64,000 nucleotides of DNA from Thermoproteota archaeon (GTDB taxonomy: Archaea > Thermoproteota > Thermoprotei > Gearchaeales > Gearchaeaceae). Of this stretch, positions 13,627 through 23,130 are shown in pieces. The notes beneath the pieces were generated by a model. That model made no database searches, was not told where the DNA came from, and saw only the letters and a program-made list of their open reading frames with translations. The translations under genes were made by a program, and so were the position numbers. The stretch lies in contig JBEPZU010000001.1 in assembly GCA_041640715.1 (NCBI GenBank), positions 10,535-74,534 of the forward strand, read 5' to 3'. Within the stretch, counting starts at the first letter, position 1, and each line of letters starts with the position of its first letter.

Positions 13627-13943
13627 AAAGAAGGGTAATTTTTGGTATAGAACCTCCTTCAGAAAGTTGTGATGATAAATGCTGTCCTTTTCACGGAAAT
13701 ATATCGGTCAGAGGGAGGATAGATAAGGGCAAGGTCATCAAATTTAAAACGCCCAAGACTGCTGTTGTAGAAAAAGAATATTTAGTTTTCATAAAAAAGT
13801 ATCAAAGGTACGAAAGAAGGAGATCGAAGTATCATGTCCATGTACCGCCTTGTATGAAGGTCAAAGAAAATTGCACTGTCATCTTTGGAGAGACAAGACC
13901 AATAGCTAAGACAGTATCTTCAGTCGTACTAAAAGTATTATGA
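13623..13943 (+). CDS. rps17: 30S ribosomal protein S17
   Basis: CPFHGNISVRG, KYQRYERRRSK, ETRPIAKT. Confidence 0.98.
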   Translation: MKRRVIFGIEPPSESCDDKCCPFHGNISVRGRIDKGKVIKFKTPKTAVVEKEYLVFIKKYQRYERRRSKYHVHVPPCMKVKENCTVIFGETRPIAKTVSSVVLKVL

Positions 13944-13986
13944 AAAGCTTATATTTTTGGAAATAACTTTCATATAATCATTAATT

Positions 13987-14412
13987 ATGGTTAAAAGAGG
14001 AGGTAAGGCTACAATATCAGCGTTCAAGCCTCGCTTGAGTAGAGGCATTCCTATTTATGCTATTGTTAATTGCGCTGATAATAGCGGAGTTCTTAAGGCT
14101 AAAGTGATCGGAGTTATAGGAATGAAGACTAGAAAGAGGAGGATTCCAGCTGCAACAGTAGGAGACATGGTCAAGGTTACTGTGTATAAGGGCAAAGCTG
14201 AGTTGCGCGGTCAAGTAATGAACGGTGTTTTGATAAGGCAAAGGAAACCCTATCGAAGAGCAGACGGTTCTTGGATTTCTTTCGAAGACAATGCGATTGT
14301 AATTTTAACACCTGAAGGGGACGTCAAAGGTACAGAAATATATGGACCTGTAGCTAAAGAGGCTGCTGAAAGATGGCCTAAGATAGCGGCGATAACTTCT
14401 TTAATAGCATGA
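13987..14412 (+). CDS. rpl14: 50S ribosomal protein L14
   Basis: CADNSG, FEDNAIVI, GPVAKEAAERWP. Confidence 0.99.
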   Translation: MVKRGGKATISAFKPRLSRGIPIYAIVNCADNSGVLKAKVIGVIGMKTRKRRIPAATVGDMVKVTVYKGKAELRGQVMNGVLIRQRKPYRRADGSWISFEDNAIVILTPEGDVKGTEIYGPVAKEAAERWPKIAAITSLIA

Positions 14413-14774
14413 AATCCAAAAAACCTAAAACTCAAAGAAGAAATCTTTATAAATTACTAACAAATAAAGAAGCAAACAAACTTTTGCGTGCACATCTAAG
14501 TAGTGAACTTAGAGAGAAATACAAGAGAAGATCCTTTAGAGTTAGAAGGAATGATATCGTTAGAATTATGCGTGGTTCTTATAAAGGCTATGAAGGCAAA
14601 GTGATCAAAGTAGATTCTAAGAGGGGGTATGTTTATATCGAAGGTCTTACGAGAAAGAGTATGCGGGGTAAGCCTGTTATGATACCTATTCATGCTTCTA
14701 AAGTGATGATAGTTCAGTTAGACCTAAATGACAAATATAGAGTAGAGAAGTTGGAGGAGAAGATAAGAGCATGA
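14409..14774 (+). CDS. rpl24: 50S ribosomal protein L24
   Basis: LSSELREKY, KOW motif, PIHASKV. Confidence 0.98.
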   Translation: MKSKKPKTQRRNLYKLLTNKEANKLLRAHLSSELREKYKRRSFRVRRNDIVRIMRGSYKGYEGKVIKVDSKRGYVYIEGLTRKSMRGKPVMIPIHASKVMIVQLDLNDKYRVEKLEEKIRA

Positions 14775-15556
14775 GTCGGCATATAAAGCGTTTAACAACA
14801 CCGTATTTTTGGCCTATCTTAAAGAAAACCAAAAAATGGGCAATACATCCCTCTCCAGGTCCTCATCCAATAGAATACTGCATTCCGATTGCATATATAT
14901 TGAGAGAGATTCTAGGATATGCAAATAATACTAAAGAAGTAAAATATATGCTTAGTAAAGGCTTTGTAAGGAGGGATAAAGTCATAATAAGAGACTATAA
15001 ATTCCCCGTAGGTATGATGGACACAATCGAACTTTCTAAGGACGTCGTGGCTTATAGATTACTCCCATATAAAGGGATTCCTCTGGTTTGTGCCAAAATA
15101 CCTTTAGAGGAATCCTCATTGAAGATCTGTAAAGTAATAGGCAAAAGAACAGTTAATGGAGGCAAAATACAGATAAATCTTCATGATGGAAGGAATATTC
15201 TATTAGAATCTGTTGATAAGGACAAAATAAAGATAAATGATGGGGTTTTAATAGAATTGCCTTCACAGAACATAAAGGAGATAATAAAATTTGAAGTTGG
15301 GAATCTTTGTTTGATATATAGAGGGGTCAATGCTGGTGCTTATGGAATATTAAAAAAAGTAGAAGAAATTCTGCCTAGAAAAAAGAGCATTATACAAATA
15401 GAAGATGTAAACGGTAATTTGATAAGGACTAACATTCAATATGCCTTTCCAATAGGTTTCGATAAACCTTTGATAAAGATCATAGAGAAAGAGGAAGACT
15501 ACGTACAGCCAGCTATATATAAGAAAATACATATGAGAGGTTATGTCGTCCGCTGA
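14771..15556 (+). CDS. rps4e: 30S ribosomal protein S4e
   Basis: HIKRL..PYFWPI, PSPGPH, FPVGMMD, NLHDGRNI. Confidence 0.98.
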   Translation: MSRHIKRLTTPYFWPILKKTKKWAIHPSPGPHPIEYCIPIAYILREILGYANNTKEVKYMLSKGFVRRDKVIIRDYKFPVGMMDTIELSKDVVAYRLLPYKGIPLVCAKIPLEESSLKICKVIGKRTVNGGKIQINLHDGRNILLESVDKDKIKINDGVLIELPSQNIKEIIKFEVGNLCLIYRGVNAGAYGILKKVEEILPRKKSIIQIEDVNGNLIRTNIQYAFPIGFDKPLIKIIEKEEDYVQPAIYKKIHMRGYVVR

Positions 15557-16079
15557 AATTCTTCAAGAGAAGGTTAATCCTATGAGAAACATAAGAGTGT
15601 ATTCAGTAACATTGAATATGTCCGTAGGTTCTTCTGAAACAAAGTTGGAAGGTGCCGTAAAGATACTTGAGAAATTGACTGGACAAAAGCCTAGTCTTAG
15701 GAAAGCTAAAAAAACGATAAAGGAATTCAATATAAAAAAGGGAGAACCTATAGCATGTATGGTTACAGTTAGAGGGAGAAAGGCTGAAGATTTACTCGAA
15801 CGCTTATTAAGAGCCGTTAACAAAAAGCTTAATTCTTCTTCTTTCACAGAGCATGGTAACTTTAACTTTGGTATAAAAGAATACATTGATATTGAAGGTT
15901 TACCTTATGATCCTTCAATAGGTATTCTAGGGATGGATGTTTGTGTTAATTTAGCTAGGGCTGGATTAAGAGTTGAAAAAAGAAGAATTAAAAAATCTAA
16001 GATAGGAAAGCATCATAGAGTTAGCAAAGAAGAAGCAATAGAATTCATGAAGAAAAGATTCAATGTAGAAATCCTATGA
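15543..16079 (+). CDS. rpl5: 50S ribosomal protein L5
   Basis: [36 protein letters not shown]. Confidence 0.98.
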   Translation: MSSAEILQEKVNPMRNIRVYSVTLNMSVGSSETKLEGAVKILEKLTGQKPSLRKAKKTIKEFNIKKGEPIACMVTVRGRKAEDLLERLLRAVNKKLNSSSFTEHGNFNFGIKEYIDIEGLPYDPSIGILGMDVCVNLARAGLRVEKRRIKKSKIGKHHRVSKEEAIEFMKKRFNVEIL

Positions 16080-16237
16080 AGCAACCCAAACCTAGAGAAA
16101 GGAAATTCGGCAAAATAGTAAATAAATGCAAGAGATGTGGTACAACACAAGGTGTAATAAGGAAATATAATCTAGGTTATTGTAGGAGATGCTTTAGAGA
16201 AATAGCTCCTTTGATGGGTTTCACGAAGTATGAATAA
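16076..16237 (+). CDS. rps14: 30S ribosomal protein S14 (zinc finger, 53 aa; below ORF-track cutoff)
   Basis: Manual translation [53 protein letters not shown]. Confidence 0.97.
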   Translation: MKQPKPRERKFGKIVNKCKRCGTTQGVIRKYNLGYCRRCFREIAPLMGFTKYE

Positions 16238-16273
16238 TAATTTATTCTTTAACCATACTAAATCATATTTGGT

Positions 16274-16657
16274 ATGAATCTGCTCGCAAATACTCTAAGT
16301 GCAATTAAGAATGCAGAGATGAGGAATAAAAAGGAGTGCATAGTATATCCTACTTCTAAATTCGTAGCCACAGTACTCAAGGTGATTCAGAAGAACGCAT
16401 ACATAGGTGAGTTTGAACTCATAGATGATGGAAGAGGAGGGAAGTTTAGAATTCAATTGTTAGGTAGGATAAACAATTGTGGTATAATAAAGCCTAGGAT
16501 AGGAGTAAGTTATAAAGAGCTAGTAAAGTATGAAAGCAAGTTTCTCCCAAGCAAAGAGATTGGAATATTAATATTATCTACGTCTAAGGGGATAATGACT
16601 AGTAGAGAAGCTAGAGAGAATAGGATAGGAGGCATTCTATTGTGCTATGTCTATTAG
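16274..16657 (+). CDS. rps8: 30S ribosomal protein S8
   Basis: YIGEFELIDDGRGG, LLGRINNCG, STSKGIM. Confidence 0.99.
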   Translation: MNLLANTLSAIKNAEMRNKKECIVYPTSKFVATVLKVIQKNAYIGEFELIDDGRGGKFRIQLLGRINNCGIIKPRIGVSYKELVKYESKFLPSKEIGILILSTSKGIMTSREARENRIGGILLCYVY

Positions 16658-17225
16658 CCAATCTTCTCAGGTGTTGAATAGAGAAGAAATAGAAATCCCT
16701 AGCGATGTAAAGGTGAGCATAAGCGATAACTTCATTGTAGAGATTTCGGGTAAGTTAGGTAAAAATATAAAAGATTTTAGTCCTTATACGCTAAAATTAT
16801 CGAAAAATTTTTATAAAATTTATAAGGAAAATAATAAGATAATTGTAGAAACTTATATGAAAGGCAAAAGGGGTTTATCGTTACTTTATACACTTGCTTC
16901 TCGAATTAGATCTGCAATTAAAGGAGTTAGAGAAGGTTATGTCTATAAACTCAAGATTGTTTATTCGCATTTCCCTATTACCGTTAAAGTAAAAGACAAA
17001 TTTGTTTATATCGAGAATTTCATCGGAGAAAAATCCCCTAGGATAGCGAAGATAATAGGCGAAAACACAAAGATAGATGTCGAAGGAGAAGATGTAATTG
17101 TAAGAGGAACAGACAAAGAGGAAGTAAGTCAAACTGCTGCTAATATACAACAAGCGACCAAAATAAAGAAAAGAGATCCGCGGAAATATTTAGATGGGAT
17201 ATACATATATCATAGGGGTAAGTAA
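16647..17225 (+). CDS. rpl6: 50S ribosomal protein L6
   Basis: VYSHFPI, NFIGEK, QTAANI, DPRKYLDGIYI. Confidence 0.98.
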   Translation: MSISQSSQVLNREEIEIPSDVKVSISDNFIVEISGKLGKNIKDFSPYTLKLSKNFYKIYKENNKIIVETYMKGKRGLSLLYTLASRIRSAIKGVREGYVYKLKIVYSHFPITVKVKDKFVYIENFIGEKSPRIAKIIGENTKIDVEGEDVIVRGTDKEEVSQTAANIQQATKIKKRDPRKYLDGIYIYHRGK

Positions 17226-17226
17226 A

Positions 17227-17631
17227 ATGAAGCATAAATCCAAAGAATTTAAAAAGTTAAGTCGCTCTCTTAAGATAAGGGAATTTCAGAAAAGCAAGTT
17301 GCCAGATTTTGTTAGAAGTGATTCATGGAAAGTTAAGAGGTTAGAGGATTCTGGATGGAGGAAACCTAAAGGTTTAGATAATAAAATGAGAATTGAAAGG
17401 AAAGGATGGCCTCCTAGAGTTAAAATAGGGTATAGGAAAATAAAGGAAGCTAGATATCTTCATCCTTCAGGGCTTAGAGAGGTTTTAGTTCATAATTCAA
17501 AAGAATTGAGCGAATTAGATCCTAATATACATATTGTGAGAATAGCATCAAGTGTAGGGAAGAAGAAAAGGATAGAGATAATAGAGAAAGCTAAAGAATT
17601 GGGTCTTAGAATTGCGAATAGTATAATATGA
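17227..17631 (+). CDS. rpl32e: 50S ribosomal protein L32e
   Basis: WRKPKGLDNKMR, LHPSG; ATG 17227 avoids long overlap with L6. Confidence 0.96.
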   Translation: MKHKSKEFKKLSRSLKIREFQKSKLPDFVRSDSWKVKRLEDSGWRKPKGLDNKMRIERKGWPPRVKIGYRKIKEARYLHPSGLREVLVHNSKELSELDPNIHIVRIASSVGKKKRIEIIEKAKELGLRIANSII

Positions 17632-18053
17632 GCTTAAACTACATCAAAGAGCTTGCTTCTAAGATAACTGGAGCAGGTAAATCTAGGATTTACATAGATC
17701 CGAATTATTATGACAGACTATCCACTGTAATTTCTAGGGAAGAGGTAAAAAAACTGATCGAGGATGGAATAATCAGAGTAAAGCAGAAAAAAGGTCAAGT
17801 TTGGAGGGAAGAGAAGATAAGGAAAAAAAGGAAAAGAAAAGGTCCAGGAAGCAAAAAAGGAAAGAGAGTTAAAGTTAAGAAAAAGGAATACGTGAAGAGA
17901 GTTCGAGGTCTTAGGCGCTTTCTAAAACAGCTTTATGAAAAGGGAGCCATGGATTCCTCTGTTTATAGGCGGTTGAGGCTTATGATCAAAGCTGGTGCTA
18001 TAAATTCAAAGAGTAGGATTAAAGCTTATCTTGAATCTTTGAAAAAGAAGTAA
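17628..18053 (+). CDS. rpl19e: 50S ribosomal protein L19e
   Basis: SREEVKKLIEDGII, GPGSKKG, RVRGLRRFLK. Confidence 0.96.
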   Translation: MSLNYIKELASKITGAGKSRIYIDPNYYDRLSTVISREEVKKLIEDGIIRVKQKKGQVWREEKIRKKRKRKGPGSKKGKRVKVKKKEYVKRVRGLRRFLKQLYEKGAMDSSVYRRLRLMIKAGAINSKSRIKAYLESLKKK

Positions 18054-18055
18054 TT

Positions 18056-18628
18056 ATGCCATATCGGATCAAATTTCGTAGAAGAAGAGAGGGTAAGACG
18101 AATTATAAAAAGAGAAAAATATTCGTTATTTCTGAGAAGATAAGGTTTTGCGTGAGAAGGAGCAATAAATACGTTCTGGTTCAATTCATAAAACATGAAC
18201 CTAAGGGGGACGTAACACTTCTAGCAGTCCATTCTTCTAGGTTGAAAAAATACGGCTGGCAATTTTCCTGTAAGAATCTTCCTGCATGTTATTTGACTGG
18301 TTATCTAGCAGGTCTGAAGGCTTTAAAAAAAGGAATACATGAAGCTGTGCTAGATATGGGATTAAGAAGTGCTACGAAGGGTAATAGGATATTTGCAGCT
18401 GTTAAAGGCGCTTTAGATGCGGGACTTAAGGTTTTTGTTTCTGATGAGATATTACCTAGTGAAGATAGGATCTTAGGCAAACATATTCTAAATTATTATA
18501 ATCTTCTCAAAGAAAAAGGTGAGCATGAGAAAAGGTTTAAGGTATCCGTTGAAAATCTCCCAGAGGTTTTTGAAAAAGTTAAATCTTTAATTACAAAAAA
18601 TTTTGGTGTTAATCATGTCTCTAATTGA
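18056..18628 (+). CDS. rpl18: 50S ribosomal protein L18
   Basis: RRRREGKTNY, NLPACYLTG, KGALDAGL. Confidence 0.98.
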   Translation: MPYRIKFRRRREGKTNYKKRKIFVISEKIRFCVRRSNKYVLVQFIKHEPKGDVTLLAVHSSRLKKYGWQFSCKNLPACYLTGYLAGLKALKKGIHEAVLDMGLRSATKGNRIFAAVKGALDAGLKVFVSDEILPSEDRILGKHILNYYNLLKEKGEHEKRFKVSVENLPEVFEKVKSLITKNFGVNHVSN

Positions 18629-19220
18629 AAGCTGGGAACCTAAAACTAAGGTTGGAAGAATGGTTAAGGAAGGCAAAATAAGGAGTATAGATGAGATATT
18701 TCAGAATAATTACAAGATACAAGAACCCTATATCGTAGATATTTTATTGCCTAATTTAAAAACTGTCGTTCTTTTTTCAACTGTCGTTCAAAAACAAACC
18801 GCTGCTGGTGAACTTACTAGATTTAAAAGCCTTGTAGCAGTAGGGGACGGAAACGGTCATATAGGATTGGGGATGGGTAAGGCAAGACAAACTAGAATAG
18901 CTATGGAAAAGGCCACAGCGAATGCCAAGCTTAATATAATACCTGTAATGAGAGGATGTGGAAGTTGGGAATGTTCTTGCGGAAGACCGCACAGTGTGCC
19001 TTATGTAACCTATGGGAAGTCAGGCTCTGTAGAAATAAAGATAAAACCTGCGCCCTATGGCTTAGGATTGGTAGCAGGAGATTTCGTTAAACCCATCTTC
19101 ACTTTAGCAGGAATTTCTGATATTTGGTCGTTCACGAGAGGGAATACAAGTAATAGGATTAACTTCGCTTTTGCGGTTTATAATGCATTTAAAAACATTT
19201 ATAAGCTTAACTTGTTCTAA
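18615..19220 (+). CDS. rps5: 30S ribosomal protein S5
   Basis: WEPKTKVGRMV, RGCGSWEC, PAPYGLGLVAG. Confidence 0.98.
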   Translation: MSLIESWEPKTKVGRMVKEGKIRSIDEIFQNNYKIQEPYIVDILLPNLKTVVLFSTVVQKQTAAGELTRFKSLVAVGDGNGHIGLGMGKARQTRIAMEKATANAKLNIIPVMRGCGSWECSCGRPHSVPYVTYGKSGSVEIKIKPAPYGLGLVAGDFVKPIFTLAGISDIWSFTRGNTSNRINFAFAVYNAFKNIYKLNLF

Positions 19221-19681
19221 TGGACAACCTTCTTGCTATTATAAGAATAAGGAGCCTAATAGATAGAAATCCAGATGTAAGGAAGGCGCTCTATTTGCTA
19301 AGATTGAGGAGGACGAATGTCTGTGTAATATATCCCGAAACTGAAGCATTAAAAGGAATGCTCAAATTATCTTCCCAAGTAGTAACTTACGGTGAGATTG
19401 ATAAGTCTACTTTAATAGAATTATTGAAGAAAAGAGGAAGAACGTGGGGCGATAAAAAATTGAATGAAGAGATCTTAAAGAAGTTTGGTTATCCTAGTTT
19501 TGAAGTACTTGCTGACGAAATTTTTGAAAAAAAGGAAATACCTAAGTTCATCAAACCCTATTTTAGACTCAATCCTCCTAGAGGGGGTTTCAAGAAATCA
19601 ACTAAGAAATATTTGGAGAATAAGGGAGAACTTGGTTATAGAGGCAAAGCAATTAATGAATTATTGTTAAGAATGCTCTAA
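19220..19681 (+). CDS. rpl30: 50S ribosomal protein L30
   Basis: VTYGEID, FRLNPPRGGF, GELGYRG. Confidence 0.97.
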   Translation: MDNLLAIIRIRSLIDRNPDVRKALYLLRLRRTNVCVIYPETEALKGMLKLSSQVVTYGEIDKSTLIELLKKRGRTWGDKKLNEEILKKFGYPSFEVLADEIFEKKEIPKFIKPYFRLNPPRGGFKKSTKKYLENKGELGYRGKAINELLLRML

Positions 19682-19725
19682 AGTTAAGATTTTATTTATG
19701 TGTTAAGAATAAAAGTATATCTTAG

Positions 19726-20175
19726 ATGGTAGTTAGAAAGGAGAAAGCTTCAAGAAAAAGGAGGGGTTATAGAGTTCACGGTTATGGCAGAACTGGACAG
19801 CACAGGAGAAGTGGAAGAAAAGGAGGGGTGGGCAAAGCGGGTAGAAAATCTGGTAAACATAAGTATTCTTGGGTATTGAAATACGATCCTGATTATTTCG
19901 GAAAGCATGGCTTTAATAGACCTAATAAGAAAGAATACAGAGAGATAAGCCTACTTGAAATATCTCAATTCAGCGAGAAATGGCTTTCTAGTGGAATGGC
20001 TAGAATCAATGATGAAGGATATGTAGAAATAGATCTGTCCAAGCTAGGATATAACAAAGTAGTTGCAGGTGGTTCTCTCATCGGGAAATTCATCTTGAAG
20101 TCTGAATCGTTTAGTAAGGCAGCTTTGGAGAAAATAGTTAATAGTGGCAGTAAGGCTATAAATGTCGGCGCTTAA
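19726..20175 (+). CDS. rpl15: 50S ribosomal protein L15
   Basis: RKRRGYRVHGYG, GGVGKAG, YFGKHGF. Confidence 0.98.
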   Translation: MVVRKEKASRKRRGYRVHGYGRTGQHRRSGRKGGVGKAGRKSGKHKYSWVLKYDPDYFGKHGFNRPNKKEYREISLLEISQFSEKWLSSGMARINDEGYVEIDLSKLGYNKVVAGGSLIGKFILKSESFSKAALEKIVNSGSKAINVGA

Positions 20176-21595
20176 TTCTTTAAAGGGTATTCTGAGATAT
20201 TTGCCTGAGGTACCCAAGGCTAGGAGACCTGTTAGTTTTAGAGAGAAAGCTAGCTGGACTATAATCGTCGCAACTGTTTATATAATTTTCACTCAAATCC
20301 CATTATATCCCTTATCTGTTTCCCAACAGGCCACGGCAGTACCTCCCATATTCTCTATAATATTTGCCACAAGAACTGGTACGTTGGCCCAGTTGGGAGT
20401 AGGACCTATAGTGACTGCAGGTCTCATAATGCAATTGCTAGTAGGTTCAAAGATAATAAACTTAGATTTAACCGATAAGGCACAGCGTGCTTTATTTACG
20501 GGGGTTCAAAAATTCTTGGCTATTATATTTACAATTGTAGAGGCTATCGTGTTTGTATCCAGCGGACTGCTTCCAGCTGGCAATTTAGGCAATGCAACTT
20601 TAGTAGTAATTCAACTCCTAGCAGTGGGCATATTGATAATTCTTTTCGATGAAATATTGCAGAAAGGATGGGGCTTCGGAAGTGCGGTCAGTCTTTTCAT
20701 CCTTCTAGGAGTAGCCCTTCAAATTTCGGTAGAGCTTTTTAGTCCCGCTTTTATTTCTGACGGGATATATGCAGGCTTAATACCTTCTGCCATATCGGTA
20801 ATCGGAGGACAAGCGAATATCAATTATTTCCTTTTCGGACATCCCAATATTGCCAGATCTTCTTCCTTAGTAGGTTTGATAGCAATGGTAGTTCTACTAG
20901 TTTTGTTGGTTTATTTACAACAAGTCAAGATAGAGATACCTGTAGCTTACCCTAAGTATGGCGGAATAAAGGCAAAAATACCCTTACAATTGCTCTACGT
21001 TTCCAACGTCCCTGTAATACTCGCAGGCGCATTGACGGCTAATTTGCTATTCTTTGGTCAAATGGCTTGGAATAATTACAATAGAGATAATCGAGATCCT
21101 TTATTGAATGCATTTGCCCAATTCAATGTTGTAGGGAATCCTCCCCAAGCAATACCTACTGGAGGCCTTCTCTATTATCTATCTCCTCCTAGAGGGCTTA
21201 ATTCAGTTTTCAACGACCCTATCCATGCAGTGGTTTACATCGTCCTCTTTTCACTGATATGTGTGCTCTTCGCTATAGCTTGGGTTGAGACTTCTGGTAT
21301 GGGAGCTGAAGAGCAAGCTAAAAGAATGGTAAAGTCTGGTATTCAAGTCCCTGGATTCAGACATAGCGAAATGGTTTTGAGTAATATCTTGAAGAGATAC
21401 ACCAAGACTCTAACATGGTTTAGTGGTTTATTGATAGGTTTCTTGGCTTCAATTTCGGATGTGGTAGGAGTGATAGGTACAGGAATAGGGTTGTTATTGG
21501 CTATTGGTATAATAAATCAATATTATAGAATTCTAGCGAAAGAAAGAATAGAAGAAGAGTTCCCGTCAATAGCTAGATTCTTAGAAATCACATAG
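20162..21595 (+). CDS. secY: Preprotein translocase SecY/Sec61alpha
   Basis: LGVGPIVTAGLIMQLL, KGWGFGSAVSLFI, LYVSNVPVIL, GTGIGLLL. Confidence 0.99.
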   Translation: MSALNSLKGILRYLPEVPKARRPVSFREKASWTIIVATVYIIFTQIPLYPLSVSQQATAVPPIFSIIFATRTGTLAQLGVGPIVTAGLIMQLLVGSKIINLDLTDKAQRALFTGVQKFLAIIFTIVEAIVFVSSGLLPAGNLGNATLVVIQLLAVGILIILFDEILQKGWGFGSAVSLFILLGVALQISVELFSPAFISDGIYAGLIPSAISVIGGQANINYFLFGHPNIARSSSLVGLIAMVVLLVLLVYLQQVKIEIPVAYPKYGGIKAKIPLQLLYVSNVPVILAGALTANLLFFGQMAWNNYNRDNRDPLLNAFAQFNVVGNPPQAIPTGGLLYYLSPPRGLNSVFNDPIHAVVYIVLFSLICVLFAIAWVETSGMGAEEQAKRMVKSGIQVPGFRHSEMVLSNILKRYTKTLTWFSGLLIGFLASISDVVGVIGTGIGLLLAIGIINQYYRILAKERIEEEFPSIARFLEIT

Positions 21596-21596
21596 C

Positions 21597-22064
21597 ATGT
21601 CTGACGTTATATTTGTACTATATGAATTTGGAATGATTTTCCTTTTTGCGCTAATTCCTTCGTTATTATCAGGATTTTTAATGCGTTTTCTAATATCTAG
21701 ATCATTAGGTATTAGCAGATACAGGCATATCATGAGGGAAATAAGGGATTTCGATAGGCAAATGTTGCGAGCAGTTAGAGCTAAGGATGAATCTAAACTT
21801 AGTAAGCTTAAAAATAAGAAGCCATACATCGATAAGATGCGCGCTCAGACTTTTAGGATCAGCATGATAAACACTTTTGTAATGCTTACTTTCTATTACA
21901 TATTCTTTATATTCCTCTTCACCCAAATTTTCGTAGTTACATTTGAAGTATCCTTTCCTTTTTTTTCTCCCGATTTCAAGATACCAATCTATTATTGGTA
22001 TATAGTAACACTCTTCATGGTAGGTTTATTAATAAATAGAATATTAGGGATATACTATGCCTAG
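21597..22064 (+). CDS. DUF106/EMC3/TMCO1 (Oxa1-superfamily) membrane protein
   Basis: TM-coiled coil-TM-TM layout with YWY motif; conserved position between secY and L34e. Confidence 0.8.
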   Translation: MSDVIFVLYEFGMIFLFALIPSLLSGFLMRFLISRSLGISRYRHIMREIRDFDRQMLRAVRAKDESKLSKLKNKKPYIDKMRAQTFRISMINTFVMLTFYYIFFIFLFTQIFVVTFEVSFPFFSPDFKIPIYYWYIVTLFMVGLLINRILGIYYA

Positions 22065-22311
22065 GCCAGGACTTAGAAACAAAAAGGTTCATATAAGGAA
22101 GACACCAGGCGGCTCATTAAAGTTTCATTATGAAAAGCCGAAACGGGGTAAAGATAAATGCGCCATCTGTAAAGAAGAACTTCGCGGAACATATCATGGA
22201 AGAGGCTCTTTCTCTAAATCGTTCAGGAGGGTTAAAAGAATCTATGGCGGCTATCTTTGCCATCGTTGTCTTGAAAAGATGATAATAAACGAAGTCATAA
22301 AGACTTGGTAA
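22057..22311 (+). CDS. rpl34e: 50S ribosomal protein L34e
   Basis: MPRPGLR, KTPGG, CAIC, YGGYLCHRC. Confidence 0.97.
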   Translation: MPRPGLRNKKVHIRKTPGGSLKFHYEKPKRGKDKCAICKEELRGTYHGRGSFSKSFRRVKRIYGGYLCHRCLEKMIINEVIKTW

Positions 22312-22862
22312 TAATAGCTATAAGCGGTCTAATCGGCTCTGGGAAGAGCGTTTTAGCTAAAGCATTGGCAGAAAGGTTCGGTCTTAGATTGGTTTCTGTG
22401 GGTTCCCTTTTTAGAGAACTGGCAAAAGAGATGAACATGGATCTGAAGAGCTTTCATAATTTAGCAGAGAAAGATCACAAATTTGACAGAATGGTTGATC
22501 AAAAAGCTATAGAAGAAGCTAAGAAAGGAAACGTAGTCATAGAAGGTCATCTTTCTTGTTGGATTCTTAAAGACATCGCAGATCTAAAGATTTTTTTGCA
22601 TGCACCACTCCAAGTGAGGGCTAGAAGGATAGCTGAGCGCGATTCTATCAGTATAGAAAAAGCTTTAGAGGAAATTAAGATAAGAGAGGAGAGCAATAAA
22701 AAGCGCTACAAAGAAATATACGGAATAGATATATCTGATATATCTTTCATGGATGTCGTCTTAAATTCTTCTAAAATAAGTAAAGAAGCTCTCTTCGAAA
22801 CACTTATATTCATAATCGAGGCTTATCTTTCTTATAGAGATGCCTCTAGTAACAATAGGTAG
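22305..22862 (+). CDS. cmk: Cytidylate kinase (archaeal type)
   Basis: ISGLIGSGKS P-loop, FRELAKE, RYKEIYGID. Confidence 0.94.
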   Translation: MVIIAISGLIGSGKSVLAKALAERFGLRLVSVGSLFRELAKEMNMDLKSFHNLAEKDHKFDRMVDQKAIEEAKKGNVVIEGHLSCWILKDIADLKIFLHAPLQVRARRIAERDSISIEKALEEIKIREESNKKRYKEIYGIDISDISFMDVVLNSSKISKEALFETLIFIIEAYLSYRDASSNNR

Positions 22863-23130
22863 ATTGGCTGTTAAGCTGAGAGGAAGAGATGCGGGAAGAA
22901 AGTGCGTCCTAGTTAATACTATAGACAAAAACTTTGTCGTAGTAACAGGACCTAAGCATTTGACAGGTGTTAGGAGGAGAAAGGTAAACATAGATCATCT
23001 ATTGTTCTTGCCGCAGCAGATAAAGATATCTAAGAATGCTTCTGATGAAGAAGTACTTAAGGCGCTTCAAGAAGCTAATTTAATCGATTTTATGAGAGAG
23101 GGGGTTTATGGATCAGCATCTAATTTATAA
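22840..23130 (+). CDS. rpl14e: 50S ribosomal protein L14e
   Basis: GRDAGRKCV, TGVRRRKVN. Confidence 0.97.
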   Translation: MPLVTIGRLAVKLRGRDAGRKCVLVNTIDKNFVVVTGPKHLTGVRRRKVNIDHLLFLPQQIKISKNASDEEVLKALQEANLIDFMREGVYGSASNL